A stretch of DNA of 64,000 nucleotides from NCBI GenBank assembly GCA_964016885.1, contig OZ024741.1, positions 198,710,001-198,774,000 on the forward strand, written 5' to 3'. The notes beneath the pieces are model-generated. The model did not search any database and was not told where the DNA came from. It saw only the letters and a program-made list of their open reading frames with translations. Source of the stretch: Eledone cirrhosa (lineage: Eukaryota). Of this stretch, positions 36,870 to 50,444 are shown in pieces (within the stretch, counting starts at the first letter, position 1; every line of letters starts with the position of its first letter). The translations under genes were made by a program, and so were the position numbers.

Positions 36870-39800
36870 TCTTAAAATAAAAAAAACAAACAATCGTAAA
36901 CAACAACACTACAGATATGTAAACACGGAAAGTGAAGGGAAGGCAAGGGCTCTAAGGTCATAGAAGAATAGGAAGGAGGAGGGATGATGGGCACTAGGCC
37001 TAGGGCGCAACCGCTACACCGCTGCGCAGCGGTGTTGGGGCTGCTCCCTGCAGACAATGGTCAACAGCTCCCACTGCAACAGCCATCCCACCTCGCGGAG
37101 CTTCTTCCTCAGACGGGCTATCTTGAGGAGGAGGTCGGCAGTAGGGGGTTCAAGTATGCTTGAGGTCTAGACTGCGACCGGTGCGAAGTGGAAGCGGCCG
37201 GACAAACCCCGGTATTTGTTTCTCTTCCTTTAATTTGTATCGCGGGCCGCAGTACCGGGGTTTGTGGCCAAAGCGAGTAAGTTGGAGGCGGAGAACTCGT
37301 TGCAACATGTGGCGTCCCAGATGAGGGATCTATCTCCTTCGAATGGGAAGAGGGTAATTCCGTCGAAGCGCTTGCCGTCTCCGCGGTCGAGGCCTGCTGG
37401 TTCCAGTCTCTTTTGTATACCCTGATTTTCACACATATTACAACATTCTCGAGGGACTGTAGTGAACAGATAAATCGGTCAATTTACACGCGTTGATCCC
37501 TGTTGCATTAACTCACCTCACCTAAATATTAGCCAATCAACGATCCGATACAGCTATCTATCGGATGAGTAATGCATTGTGCCAAAACCGAAAGCAAAGA
37601 GTTCAGCAGATAGTTTCAGATCAGAAACACGTAATAATTTGCTGTCATCAACATGCGACACGTGACGAGAGTGCTATGTTTAATCTACCAACTGGATATT
37701 AGACATCCATAATGTCTTGACAACCAGTAGAGGTAACATTGTATTATCCACAAAAACCCTTGTACTCTTTTCAAGTTCAAATGTATTCTGCTTGTTCACA
37801 TTCACAAACACGATTGAAAAATATGTTCTTCGATAACTAAATGTTCTTTATTCATACTATTGTCACTAGCGTTGTTGTTCCACGAACACCACGAATTGCC
37901 TAACAGTTAATCGCAAGTTCACCACTAAAGGACTGCGTCGATGCTTTGCCATGGCTAACATCTGTGGCCTACTCAATCACTGTACTCAGAGTTCAAGACA
38001 ATGTCCCACATACTCTGCTTCCGTCTATCCTCATCAGTAACTGGAACTGACAAACCCAACTCTCTCCACTAGTAAAGCTTCATCCATCTCCCTGGTGGAA
38101 CTATTCCATGTTGTAAAGGAGAGGATGCCAACCACTAAAGGGGAGCAAGCGTGGATAGAGGAAAGCAAGCAAGGTAGAGACAAAGATGTGCATTTGTGCT
38201 GACCGAGACCTCCAAACCGTTTGACCTCCACAGCTTGGTCGCGAGACTCAGAAGAGAGTCGGACATTGACCAGATCCTCGGGCTCACTGAATATTAGGTT
38301 GTCAAAGCGTTGGAGAGACGACGAGAATTTGTATGAGGGACTAACCCTGAAGAAATACAACTTAAGGATTAACAAATAATTCCTTAGTATAAAAAAACCT
38401 TGGTGAGGCTCAATGACTTCGAGGTTATCCAACTTAGATCGAAAAATGGACTTGAAGGTTTGGTCAGTAATTGGGCTCCAAGGGGAGGAACCGTGATGAA
38501 GAGGAGGGAGTCTCTGAACAGGTCAACAATCTGCTGATGTGAAGCTGGGTGGTTGAGGAGCCAGAGCTCGCATTTAGAATTGTTGACGTGAAGGCCCCTA
38601 CGACCCAGTTCCCCAATCATCGTCTTCGCGGTTTCAAGGACCTTGTCTGGAGGACACCCCCGAAGCAAGCATCATCCAGATACCAAACATTCAGATCCAG
38701 GTCAACTCCCATCTTGGTGACGTCATCAATGCCCAGTGCGAAAAGAGCAGGTCCGGGCGGGTCACCTTGTTGGACCCCTGTAGCAGATAGGAGGAGATGG
38801 TCACCAAATGAGAGGCAAGGGGGCTTTCAGAAGGCAAATTGGTAAATGCTCTGGCGCCGTGAGCGGCAGCCTCACAGCCCAGCTTGGTACCCACCCCTAG
38901 CTGAATAAGGGAAAATTCGGCGGACAGGCTGTCTGAAATCGAAGACAGACATACTTTCGCAGTGAGCCGCCGCAGTGTGCACCCAATTGCTATGAGGCGG
39001 AGGTCACCGTTGGGCTTTATAAGGCCAAACTGTTTAGCCCCAAAGAACAAGGGGCGAATAAAACAGAGGACATTCTCGGAGGAAAACAAGTTGACGAAAT
39101 GGGTGAGGTTCTCCAAGGGATCCGGATTTCGCGTTGGACACGTAGAGAGAGATTAAGGGGAACAAGAATAGTTTCTGCCAATCCGAGATGTCGTTGGAGA
39201 GGCAAACTTTCTTTAATAGCTTGGAGAGAGCACGGGAGAAACTGGTCCAAGCTCCCTTTGGGATCCTGTTGATGAGTTTCAACTTAGACAAGTCTCGGAG
39301 GGCAGCGACAAAGTCCCCAACAGAGATCTGAATGTCAGAGCTAGATTCTGACCTGTGAAGTAAGTCTGAGCTTTAGTGGCATTGGTTACACGTTACAGCG
39401 AGAGTACTGGGTTGTATGAATGTAACAAGGAATACATTGTTTGTGTGTATAATATTTAATTAACAATGGTAGATAGTATAGTTGTCATGTCAAAGAAATA
39501 GATGAAAGAATGAAGCAAAGTTAGTAGTTACCGATTTGATTGCCAGGCAAACGCGGCTGGCAGAAGACGCCTGGCTAAGGCCAGGCGCCAGAAGGCAAAT
39601 GAGAGGCTCTTGGCCTGGTGCCGAAAGGGCAATGAGAGAGTGAGAACTTAAAGTTGTTAGTTTTATAGGGTTCTGACCGGAAGTTACAGAAAGGGTTCTA
39701 CTTCCCGTCTAGATGTTAATCCAAACAAGGGAGACAACCACTACAACGTCAAGTTCGAGTAACCTTCGGCTTGAACCTTAGTAAGGCCAATGCAACTCCT

Positions 39801-40200
39801 GTGATAGTTTAGGCTACAGGAGTGACATTCAATGGTCTTTAGATATCGACTGGTATGGGAGCAGGAGCGCAGTTTGGTGATGAATTGGCAGCATCAGAGG
39901 GATCAGCATTAGAATTAAGATTCAGATGGGGAGAAGACGGTAGGGGAGGTTAACAATAGAGCTAGAGTGGGGAACTGGGTGATCAGCATTAATTCTGGCA
40001 GTGGGACTCAGTTGGGAGGGGGGGGTGACGATGGAGGCAAGCAAGCTATTACGAGAGTGGTGGGGGTGAATAAGGGGATGAACAGGGCTAATTTTGACTG
40101 AATCCTATGATGGAGGGGGAGGGGAGAGATGGGGGATACAGTTAGCTCCCTTGGAATGAGGCGGCGGTGTTGGGGAACAGGAGGATGAAGGCTGATAGGA
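36870..40200 (-). mobile_element. CRE-clade (restriction-like endonuclease) non-LTR retrotransposon, decayed, with nested insertions
   Basis: RIPKGA N-terminal region; KPNGDLRLIAIGCTLRRLTAK and QLGVGTKLGCEA; GVQQGDP and WYLDD RT motifs; C-terminal EPAGLDRGDGKRFDGITLFPF..SLIWDATC (RPDG-type RLE). Confidence 0.85.
39391..39745 (-). mobile_element. Probable solo LTR inserted in the CRE element
   Basis: Minus-strand start TGTAGTGGTTG, TATA-like CCCTATAAAA, CCGGAAGT; interrupts CRE sequence; left boundary uncertain. Confidence 0.55.
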
Positions 40201-40209
40201 TGGTACGAA

Positions 40210-42607
40210 ATCCTTTGCAACCCACGAAGAACAAGGTGAGGCCGGTACTGGACTTTCGGGAGCTGAACAAGTACGTGTCATGCCACACGGGTGGTGAGGT
40301 CACGGATGTCTGTGGGGGAAACCCTGCGTGAGTGGAGACGCATGACGGAGGCTTCGCAATCGTCGACCTAAAGTCGGCATACTTACAATTACACATAGAT
40401 GAGAAGCTCTGGCAGTATCAGCTGGTCAGGTATAAGGGCCGGACATATTGCCTAACCAGGCTCGTTTTCGGGCTGAGCTCTGCACCGACGATCATAGCGG
40501 CGGTCCTCAAGACCATTCTGGGAAAGGCCGACAAGATGAAAAGGGCCACTAATTTCTACATTGACGACATCCTAGTGGACGAGTCTGTAGTGTCGGCGGC
40601 GGAAGTCACAGGCCATTTACAGGGGTATGGACTGGCTGCGAATCCATCAGAAACGTTGGAGGGAGGAGCCGCGCTGGGACTTAGGCTACGGCGAGACAGG
40701 ACGGGCGTGTTAGTATTCCAGAAGGGAAATGAAGTTCCAGAACTGGGCCCAAGTATGAGTAGGCGGGAGCTTTTCTCGGCGTGTGGAAAGTTGGTGGGTC
40801 ACTACCCGATTGCTGGGTGGCTCCGGACGGCATGCAGCTATGTCAAGAGACGAGCGGGCGGGGTGATTTGGAGTAACAGAGTGGGAGAGAGGACGGTGGC
40901 CATGATGCAGGAGATCGTGGAGACGCTGGTATGTCCCCAAATCGAAGAACGGGACCGTATGGTGCGATGCCAGCAGCATAGCGCTGGATTTCACATTGGA
41001 GATAGGAGGTGTTGAGGTCGAGGATGCAGCCTGGCTTAGGAAGAAGGACGATTGCAACCACATAAATGTGGCCAAACTGGACGCGGTGTTGAGAGGGGTG
41101 AACCTCGCCCTGAGGTGGGGACTGCGCACCATCGAGATACGCACCGACTCGGCTACTGTACTCGGATGGGTGAGATTAGTGCTCACCAGTGAGAAGAGAG
41201 TGCGAACGAGAGGGGCGGCGGAGATGCTGATAAAGCGCCGCCTGGGAATTTTAGGAGAGCTGGCCACCGAGTTCGACTTGAGCCTGAGCGTAGTTTTCGT
41301 GCCCTCAGAGAAAAATAGGGCGGACGTTTTAACCAGGGTGAAGAAAGCCTGGATGGAAGCGCCGGAGGAGGTAGAAGAGGAGATAGCTGCCGTGTGTCGG
41401 CTGACCGAGTCGGATCTGAAAGGGTTGCATGACATGCACCGCATGGGAGTGGATAGGACTCTGTTCCTAGCCAGGAGAATCGACTCGGACGTTAACAGAC
41501 ACAGTGTTCAAAGAGTGGTTAGAGGCTGCGGCCGATGTCAGTCCATTGATCCCGCCCCGGCTGTGCACGAAACGGGAAGCCTCCCGGTGGATCGCGACTG
41601 GAAGCGATTGGCGGTGGATGTAACACACTACCGACAGGGAACATACCTCTCAATGGTCGACTGTGGACCGGGACGGATGGCGATATGGAGGGAGACGAAG
41701 ACTGGAACGGCCGAGGAAATCACGCGGACGTTGAGAGAGGTGTTCTTGGAGCGGGGCCCTGTGGACGAACTGCTGATGGACAACAGCGCAGTGTTCCGCT
41801 CGAAGGCGCTGAGGGAGATACTCGATGGATGGAAGGTGGACCGTTTCTTCAGAGCAGCGTACAGGCCGATCGGAAATGGAATCGTGGAGCGACACCACCG
41901 GACGATCAGAGCAATGGCGGAGCGGGGCCACATCTCACAAATGGAGGTAGTGTTCTGGTACAACATGTCCCCTCGGGTGGGACAGGTTGAGGAATCGGTG
42001 CCACACAGAGCAGTATTCAGATACGAGTGGCGGCACACGTGCACGCCACCACAACGGCCAGTGGGGAGAGAGAATGCATTCGTGCAGGTGGGCGAAGAAG
42101 TCTAGGTTAGGGGAACGGTGACGGCCGTAAATTCCCAGAACAATGTGTCCGTGGACGGAGTACCACGTCATGTCCTGGATGTCCGTAGAATCACTGTGTC
42201 AACGGACTCCGAGGAAGAGGAAGAGGAAACCAAAAGTGCCACCCCAACACTACGGAGATCGCAAAGAAGTCGCAAACCACCAACCTGGACAGCAGACTTT
42301 CATATGCAGAAGGACGAGGGGGAAATTGATCCTTGAGATCAGGGGGGCGTGTGGGTATGATGTGGTGTGCGGTGGCCGGAAGCTGGGGAGTGCTCAACTG
42401 GAAGAGTGCTTGACCGGAAGGGTGCTTGGCCGGAAGGGCCAGCAGGTCGGCTACTCTCTAGTGGTGATCAGGAACGTAGTGGACGCGAGTTTTGCAGCTC
42501 CCGGTTTTAACGAATTGGATTGTACGTACGTAGAAGAGGAGAAACCAGCCATGGGATCTAACGGCGCCTGTGAAAAGCGGCAAGTGAGGTTGCTTTTTCT
42601 AACCACA
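40210..42607 (+). mobile_element. 5'-truncated Ty3/Gypsy element (RT, RNase H, integrase) with PPT and 3' LTR 42350..42607
   Basis: VRPVLDFRELN, DLKSAYLQ, YIDDIL; integrase HxxH..C..C, VDVTH, MDN, GNGIVERHHRTI; PPT AGGGGGGCG then TGTGG...CCACA. Confidence 0.9.
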
Positions 42608-43414
42608 ATAACTACATTAACAACTCTTGGTAACTGTTTTATATGTACTTTTTAATTGATTCACGTGAAGTATATATAACCAAATCATTTATTCTTTATA
42701 TTTTCGTTATTACACCTATCCCTATTCTTATTATTCTTGTTATAATCATTTCTAATAATCACATATAACCATCTAACTTTTCATTTTAACCCTTCGTTAA
42801 AACTCTCCCTCTCTGGTGAAAAAACACAGTACAGAGATGACAAGGAGATGACTACGGGCGCGGGAAGAATTATTATAAAATGACTCCTACATTCCTTTCG
42901 ACAATAAAAATTATATTTATAGAGGATTGAGCGTTAAAGAGATATTTATTTATATCGTGGAAGTCAGAAGCATGTTACTACCAATAAGAAGCTACCAACT
43001 CTTCGACTAAGGTATTTCTCTTGTATCGTTTGTAAAAACAAGATCCTTAGAAGATTTTAACGTGCAGTTATAAAAAGGTATAGGTAACATTTAGCCTCAC
43101 ATCCTATCTATACGAGTATTATTTATTTTAGTAATCCGAAAAGGAATAAAGCATGGTTGAACCCCAATATTTAACTTGTTCACATCAAAGACAAACAAAG
43201 ATGAAAGGTAACGTCGATCGGCCAATCCACCGCCCTGATTTTGTTTCATATAAAACGTTAATATTTACTGATGAATGACTGAAATACTTAAGGTATTTAG
43301 TTTTTTTAAATAAAAGTGTGACTGTTAACATGTCAAGTCTTCAATAGCAACATTTGTCATTTTGTTTATTATTGAAATAGTCAGTCATACTATTAAATTT
43401 TAGTTTTATTGCGA

Positions 43415-43510
43415 AATCACGTGCTAATGTTGTTAACGGAAGTGACTCAAATCAAGCAATGCATCCTGGTTTACTTTTTCAATTGGGTACAACTTGCAGA
43501 CGTGGTAAGT
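43415..43510 (+). promoter_or_regulatory. Candidate GCC1 promoter and non-coding first exon
   Basis: E-box CACGTG and ETS CGGAAGTG at about 43418-43444, followed by a consensus donor G|GTAAGT at 43505. Confidence 0.45.
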
Positions 43511-44599
43511 TACTATCTCTCTCTATCTGTGTGTTGTGTGTGTATATATATATATATACGTTGTTTAATACCGTAAATATAGTCTTTGTTTCAATATTGC
43601 ACGTTATTAATTTATTAACTCCATTTGTATGTTCACAAGCGCTGGAAATTGTAACTTTTTTGTTTTTGTCGGATCGTTCTGTATTTACACAGCTGGTGAA
43701 TGATTGAAATACTTAAGGTATTTAGTTGTTTAACAGAAGTGCGATTGTTGACATGTCAAATATAAAAATAACAAAATCTATTGACATAATTTGCCATTCT
43801 GTTTATTATTTATCTATTTAAAATATTGATAAACATCGCCTGATATTTTGCCATGTCACACCATATGACGGGGTATTCACGGAATGGACAGTGTCGGACA
43901 AAATGCCTTGCGGTATATATTTAGTTGTAGTCCTTTAGGTTATGAAATCAGATATCTCCTAAGTTATCGTTTACCATTCACTATTCCTTCGCTTTAAAAT
44001 AAAATACCTGCCAAATGCTGGGATCGATTTATATCCTTATAATACATACAGGTGAGGAAGCCTATACGTAATCGTTCGACCTGCTAAAATAGTTGTCAAA
44101 TTTCCCTCAAGTCACACCATAACATGGCTCTGGATATATATGTGTGTGTGTATATATGTATATAGCTTAGAAAAAAATTGGCTCGAATGCTATATCAAAG
44201 CTGACCTGGAGTACCAAAATCTTAATTACCTGAACAGACAAAAATAGATTAAACTATTTGTCTGCTTAGGTATTTAAACTGTCGTTACCCTAAGTCAGCT
44301 GTAATTGGAGCAGACCCATCTATCATTACGAAAATAGATATTGATTTTTCTACTTGTCAAACTGTTTCTTGTTAACTAACACACCTGTATTCATTTTTAA
44401 ATCCAAATGATTTTTTTCAGTTTGACATTTTCTATTGAATTAATATTTTCTCTCAATACCTATATTATAACGAGTATATAAAAACCATTATCTCTACAAA
44501 ATTTGATCTTGTATATAGTTCTTATTTTCATCAATTTGTCTCAATGAGTTAATACATTTTTAACTTTCGAAAATTCAAATGGTCTTTAGGTACAAAAAT

Positions 44600-45400
44600 A
44601 CGAAGTCTGTCGAAAAGGTATCTGCCCCTAGATTGGGAATTATGTACTTAGTAGGAGTTGATTGCTAATCTTCTTTGAAGAAGGACTCTTGTGTTTCCAC
44701 ACACTTAGCCCAGTAATCCTTCCACAGAGCATGTCTCGAATGCTTCTTCCAGAATGGCTTTCAACTCTACCATCGCAGCCTGCATGATGCTCTCTCGATT
44801 CTCAAAACGAGAACCTTTCAGTGGTATATTCACCTTTGGAAACAACTAGAAGTCAGAATAGATGGTTGGAGAGTAAGGAGCCTAGCAAATGGACAGAATG
44901 CCTTTCTTTCCCAAGAAACCTCGAATCAACTGCGATGAATGAGCTAGGGCGTTGTCATGATGTAGTTGCCAGTTTGGCGAGGCCCACAGATCCTGTCTCT
45001 TGTGCCAAATTGCATCACAAAAACTTCAAATGACTCCCCGATAGTACTTCTTTGTAAATGTTTGTCCTGGTACATTTTCATTGTGCACAGTACCTCAGTA
45101 GTGATAGAAAGCAGCAACACATTGATTTTGCTTTGTACTTGATGTGCTTTTTGGTGTCTTAGCAACATTGGATAGTTCCATTGTAATGACTGAGCTTTGG
45201 TTTCCAGGTTGTACACAAACACCCACATCTCAACTCCAGTTATCCTGGTATTCAAGAACTCAGGATACTTGCTTGCAGTATCAGGTGAAATGAAAATGTG
45301 ATGAGTAATTAGTACAGCATCTCATGTGTTGGTTGCCTAACAGTGACTGGTGCATCCAGTAAGCTTGTCAAACACCATGCATGCTTATGAATGTATGCAG
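44600..45400 (-). mobile_element. Degenerate mariner transposon fragment
   Basis: ITGVEMWVFVYNLETKAQSLQW...KAHQVQSKINVLL resembles mariner ITGDETWVY.YDPETK.QS.QW; TIR-like TACGAAGTCTGTC at 44600. Confidence 0.75.
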
Positions 45401-46179
45401 CTCCACTCTGTACACTTTTGTCTCCCTAACGTCATTATTTCCTGCAAGGCGGTGGATTGGAAGTATCAGTAGAGGGTCGCACGCCATGCTTTGCAGCATA
45501 GAGTTACGGCCCATCTGAGTTCAAATCCCGCCTTTCATTCTCACGGGTTCGATAAAATAAAGTACCAGTCACGCACTGGAGTCAATTTAATCGACTGTCT
45601 CCTCCCCCAAATTACTGGCCTTGTGCCTATACTAGAAATTATTATTTCCTGCAAGGAAAAAATAAAGTTGGATAGACCTTGTAGACACTCAGATTATGAA
45701 AACTATTAAAATATCACAATTCTGGGTTGGAATTGTTTTATTTTCTTCATTAGTGTTCGGAAAAGGCATAAAGCTCATGACTGCTTGTGCCTCCGAATAT
45801 CTCAGAAATAAAATAATTGTTTCTACTCTTGGCACAAGGCCAGCAATTACCCAGTACATTACTGGTACTTTATTTTATCGACCCTGTAAGGATGAAAGGC
45901 AAAGTTAACCTCGACGGGATTTGAACTCAGAATGGCAAGAGCCGTAACTCTATGCGTCAAAGCATGGTGTCCGACCCTCTGCCAATTCACCGCCCTATTC
46001 TCAGAAATAAAATAATTGTTTCTAACAAGAAACCATTATTTTATTTTCATTAAAACAAACCTTTTGATTACTGTATATTATAGAGAACAAAAACCTTCAT
46101 TTATTGATATTTAACCCCAGAAAGCTGAAACAATGTTGAACCCACAGGATTTGAATTCAGAATATAGAGGTATGAAACT

Positions 46180-47865
46180 AAATTCTTTTAGGCTCTTAAC
46201 TTGACACTATTCTAAAATGCTGTCATCTATTTGTTTTAGTGAAACTTTAGAAGTTTTCATTGGCTTTTATTCACTTATTTTCATACTTGTCTATATGCCA
46301 CATAAATTTATAGACAATGGAAAGGAGTAGTCAGTTACTGGGTTGGATTTATAGTGATGGGGACAGGGCATTTACCCCAGGCTCCCTATCAGTTGAAGGT
46401 GGTGGTGGCTCTTGGCGGTAACAGAGCCTAGTAAGATAGATGTGCCTTGGGATTGCCAAAGGCATGCCCTTGATGAGTTTTTTTATTTTAACTTTTAAAC
46501 ACACCAGAACAATGCTTTTAACAAAAAGCATTTAATGTCAATCCTGTGGTCTCATCGAAATTTCTCTACTTTAGAGACATTAAATCATTACAAGAACAGT
46601 ATTTAACAATAAATACTTATGGTAATTCATCAAAGTTTTTCTACTTTAACAACATCAGATGGTTGTTGTAGAAGGTAAGGGGATGTGATTGTCCAGTTTT
46701 ATGTAAGAATATGTGTATGTATGCATATGTGTAAGTATGTATTTATAGATGTATGTATATATATATGGAGGCACATGGCCTAGTGGTTAGAACATTGGGC
46801 TTGCAATTGAAAGGTTGTGAGTTCAATTCTCAGACCGGGTGATGTGTTGTTTCCTTGAGCAAGACACTTTATTTCACATTACTCCAGTTTACTCAGCTGT
46901 AGAAATGAGATGATAGGGATTGGGGTCCCTATCATTCCACTGCAGAGTGGTCGTGTAGGCGCCACGGCAAAAAAGCACCCAGCACTCATTGTAAATGAGG
47001 TTGGTGTTAGGAAGGGCATCCAGCTGTAGAAATCAAGCCAGAATCAATTCCCGTCCCACCCTTGCAAGCAGGGAAAAGCGGACGTAAAATGATGATGATG
47101 ATATATATATATATATGTGTGTGTTCTTAAGTACATTTAAGTGTGGAAAGTGTACTTAAAATGAAGGTGGTCAGATGTTTTCATTTAACAACTATATGAC
47201 AATTCCAATTACATGTGCCAAGCTGATTTTGAAACGTAAACTTGGGTGTATGGGGGTGGGCTAAGTTCTAAATCCAATTGTGGTCATTTATTCTTGTAGA
47301 CTTTCTGGTTTGCAGGATTATCTATTGATTTACATATTTATATAGTAGCTGAACTCATATTTGAAATATAATCTGCATTGATTTTTTTAAGCAAAATTCT
47401 TTTAGGCTCTTAACTTGACACTATTCTAAAATGCTGTCATCTATTTGTTTTAGTGAAACTTTAGAAGTTTTCATTGGCTTTTATTCACTTATTTTCATAC
47501 TTGTCTATATGCCACATAAATTTATAGACAATGGAAAGGAGTAGTCAGTTACTGGGTTGGATTTATAGTGATGGGGACAGGGCATTTACCCCAGGCTCCC
47601 TATCAGTTGAAGGTGGTGGTGGCTCTTGGCGGTAACAGAGCCTAGTAAGATAGATGTGCCTTGGGATTGCCAAAGGCATGCCCTTGATGAGTTTTTTTAT
47701 TTTAACTTTTAAACACACCAGAACAATGCTTTTAACAAAAAGCATTTAATGTCAATCCTGTGGTCTCATCGAAATTTCTCTACTTTAGAGACATTAAATC
47801 ATTACAAGAACAGTATTTAACAATAAATACTTATGGTAATTCATCAAAGTTTTTCTACTTTAACA
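46180..47865. repeat. 472-bp apparently identical direct repeat (46180..46651 and 47394..47865)
   Basis: Sequences and the ORF-track translation are identical at offset 1214. Confidence 0.95.
46767..47100 (+). mobile_element. Composite tRNA-derived SINE (A/B boxes, CORE-like domain, RTE-derived 3' tail)
   Basis: TGGCCTAGTGG A box, GAGTTCAATTC B box, CCTTGAGCAAGACACTTT, and a tail shared with the LINE at 23465-23520. Confidence 0.8.
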
Positions 47866-50077
47866 GAAATCAATATCCTGTGATGTCCTGTGATAAAACA
47901 AGACAACTTCATATTAATGATTTTTGTAGGACAGATTTTATGGGTGAAGAAAACCAGAGGTCAACCGTGAGCAAGATGGTTGGATAACATCCATAACCTT
48001 AGTTCATCATGCTTGGGGATCCAGTTAGATCATTTGGAGATTATTGTTTCTGATAGGACCCTCTAGAAGGTGTGTTTGAGAACTCTGTCCCCTGTGACCC
48101 TCTCAGGAATAAGTGGGAGAAGAAGATGTAGACAGTTAGTGAAATGTAAAGCACTACCATTATCATTGAATTTTGTCAACCTCGGTGAATTCAAATCCCG
48201 CCGAGGTTGACTTTGCTTTTCATCCTAATGGGGGTCGATAAAATAAAGTACCAGTAATGAACTGGGTAATTGCTGGCCTTGTGCCTAAAGTAGAAACAAT
48301 TATCATTGAATTTTGTCATTGTTTTACATCTTCATTACTAATGTATCAATTAGATGATTTTACAACATCTTTCTATATATCATCATCACTGTTTAGTGTC
48401 TACTTTCTATGCTTGCAGGGGTTAGAAGAGTTGAAACATTATGAAGTGAGACAGATCAGGTGACTATGTCTTGCTTATACATTCTGTTTTTAGTTGGATG
48501 CTCTCCCTAACACCAACCAATTTTCAGTGTGAATTATGTCTAGAATTAATAGTTCATGGATAATCAGTTGAAATCCACTGTAGGTGTTTTGGTGTTGCAA
48601 GACAGTTAATTCCAGTGTATTTGGAGAATAGACAAAGTTATTCTGTCTCCACAAATATCTTCTAATAATGAGGTTGTTGTTCTATCCTTGTAAAATGCTC
48701 CTAGTACACGCTTTAAAAGGCTTAAACATGTAACGTTCACTCATAACTATTTCCTCTAAGATCATTTTTGCTCTACATTGGGTACCGTTGTTATCATAAG
48801 ACATTTCTTCACTTAACATATGGTAGTTTTCTCTGTAAAGTTATGTTGGTACCACAACATCCAGTCCTAAATAAATGAGGTCGTGCAGGTGTCACGACAA
48901 AAAAAAAACACACAGTCCACGCTGTAATGTGACCGTGTAGGTAACACGGTAAAAACCTCCCAGTCCACACTGTAAACGTGGTTGGTGGTAGGAAGGGCAT
49001 CCAGCCGTAGAAAACCTGCCAGACAGTCCTATACAAGCGAGACGGCCAATCTAAACCCATGCTAGCGTGGAAGATAGACGTTAAACGATGATGATGATGA
49101 TTACATTACTTATTTGCTATGTGGTGTGTTACATTAACTCTTTCAATACTAGTCTACCTGAAACCACTTCTAGCTCTGTGATAAAACAGTTCATTTTAAA
49201 GTGTTTATATCTGAATTAAAATCTTCCATTATAATTTCATGTAAGAACTTCGTCATGCTCTTAACAACAACTTTATGAAAAAGTTATTTTAGTAAATCTC
49301 TCTGAATTCTTGATTAATTTAAAAATTAATTGAAACACATTCAATGTATGTTATGAGAAATATGGCAACACAATTGTCTCCCCTAGATACAGTTGACAAA
49401 CAATTAAAATATTGATCTGGTCACAGTTGTAGAAGTAAAGTAGGATTAGGTGGATGTAGAGTTAACGTCACAGATTCATATCGACTGCAAACATTTCAGT
49501 GTGTCTGGGTAGAGTATTAATTTTGCATCTCTCAGCTTTACTACCCATGGAAAACCTGTACCAGAATTGGCACCTGTCAGATAAAATACGATTGTGGTAT
49601 TTGTTCTTATTCTGGATCTACATTCTGAATTCAACTTTGCCTTTCATCCTTCCAGGGTTGATAAAATAAAGTAATAGTCAAGTACTGTGATTGATATTAT
49701 GAACTTTGCCCTTTCCCCAAAGTTGGTGGACTTGTGCCTAAATTAGAAACCAATGTTCCTTGGCAGCATGTACTGAGGCAACCTTATGATCTAATGTGAT
49801 TGATGTGAAAAATGACAGCAATTACAATTAATGTAGTTACATCAAATTGTTTAAGTTAAAGACGAGAACTATTCAGTTTTAAAACTAGGTTAACCAATGT
49901 CTTGTGGGTTGAATTTGTTAGATGGAAACTGCAGAAGTTTGCTGTGCATAAAATATGTGTGTGAGTAGGTGTTTACCTGTTTGTATGCCAGGTAACATAG
50001 CAGTTGAATAAAAAAAGAGATTGATTAAATAAGTAGTTGGAATCAATATATATCTAATATATATCTTAGATTGGCAT

Positions 50078-50444
50078 TCATCATCATCATCACCGTTTTA
50101 CGTCCATTCTTCCACGCTAGCATGGGTTGGATGGGTTGTCCTGTTGTGGGCAGTGCTTGGTTGGCTGACCTTGTCTTGCGCATACGGAAACTGATTTTGG
50201 CTTAATTTCTGCAGCTGGATGCCCTTCCTAACACCGACCTCATCTACAGTGAGTGCTGGGTGCTTTTTTGCCGTGGCACCTACACGACCACTTTACAGTG
50301 TGGGTTGGGTGCTTTTTTGCCGTGGCATCTCCACGACCACTTTGCAGTGGGAGGGAGTGGGGGCATATTGTCTATATGCTTCAGCTTGTACCCGTGGGAA
50401 GTCGGGTCCTCTGTATTACTGCATGAGGCCAGAGGTCACGGTCA
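50078..50444 (-). mobile_element. RTE LINE 3' UTR fragment (copies also at 16060-16310, 27728-27880, 48870-49100, 53746-54335)
   Basis: (CAT)n tail with conserved CCACGCTAGCATGGG and CTGGATGCCCTTCCTAAC; the 53746 copy extends into RWYGHVMRM coding sequence. Confidence 0.8.

Noticed and set aside
37436-37960. Solo LTR inside the CRE element
   Set aside because: Clearly a foreign insert, but no TSD or clean TG...CA ends; left unclassified.
40710-42044. Long minus-strand ORFs (244 aa and 138 aa)
   Set aside because: Antisense shadows of the GC-rich Gypsy pol frame.
46354-46476. C/D box snoRNA in the duplicated block
   Set aside because: C box is GTGATGG, and there is no CTGA D box in the right position.
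46349-46531. Duplicated 60-aa ORF as a gene
   Set aside because: No recognisable domain or splice support; identical only because of the DNA duplication.
46767-46840. tRNA gene
   Set aside because: A/B boxes continue into a SINE body and LINE-derived tail; repeated at 59901.
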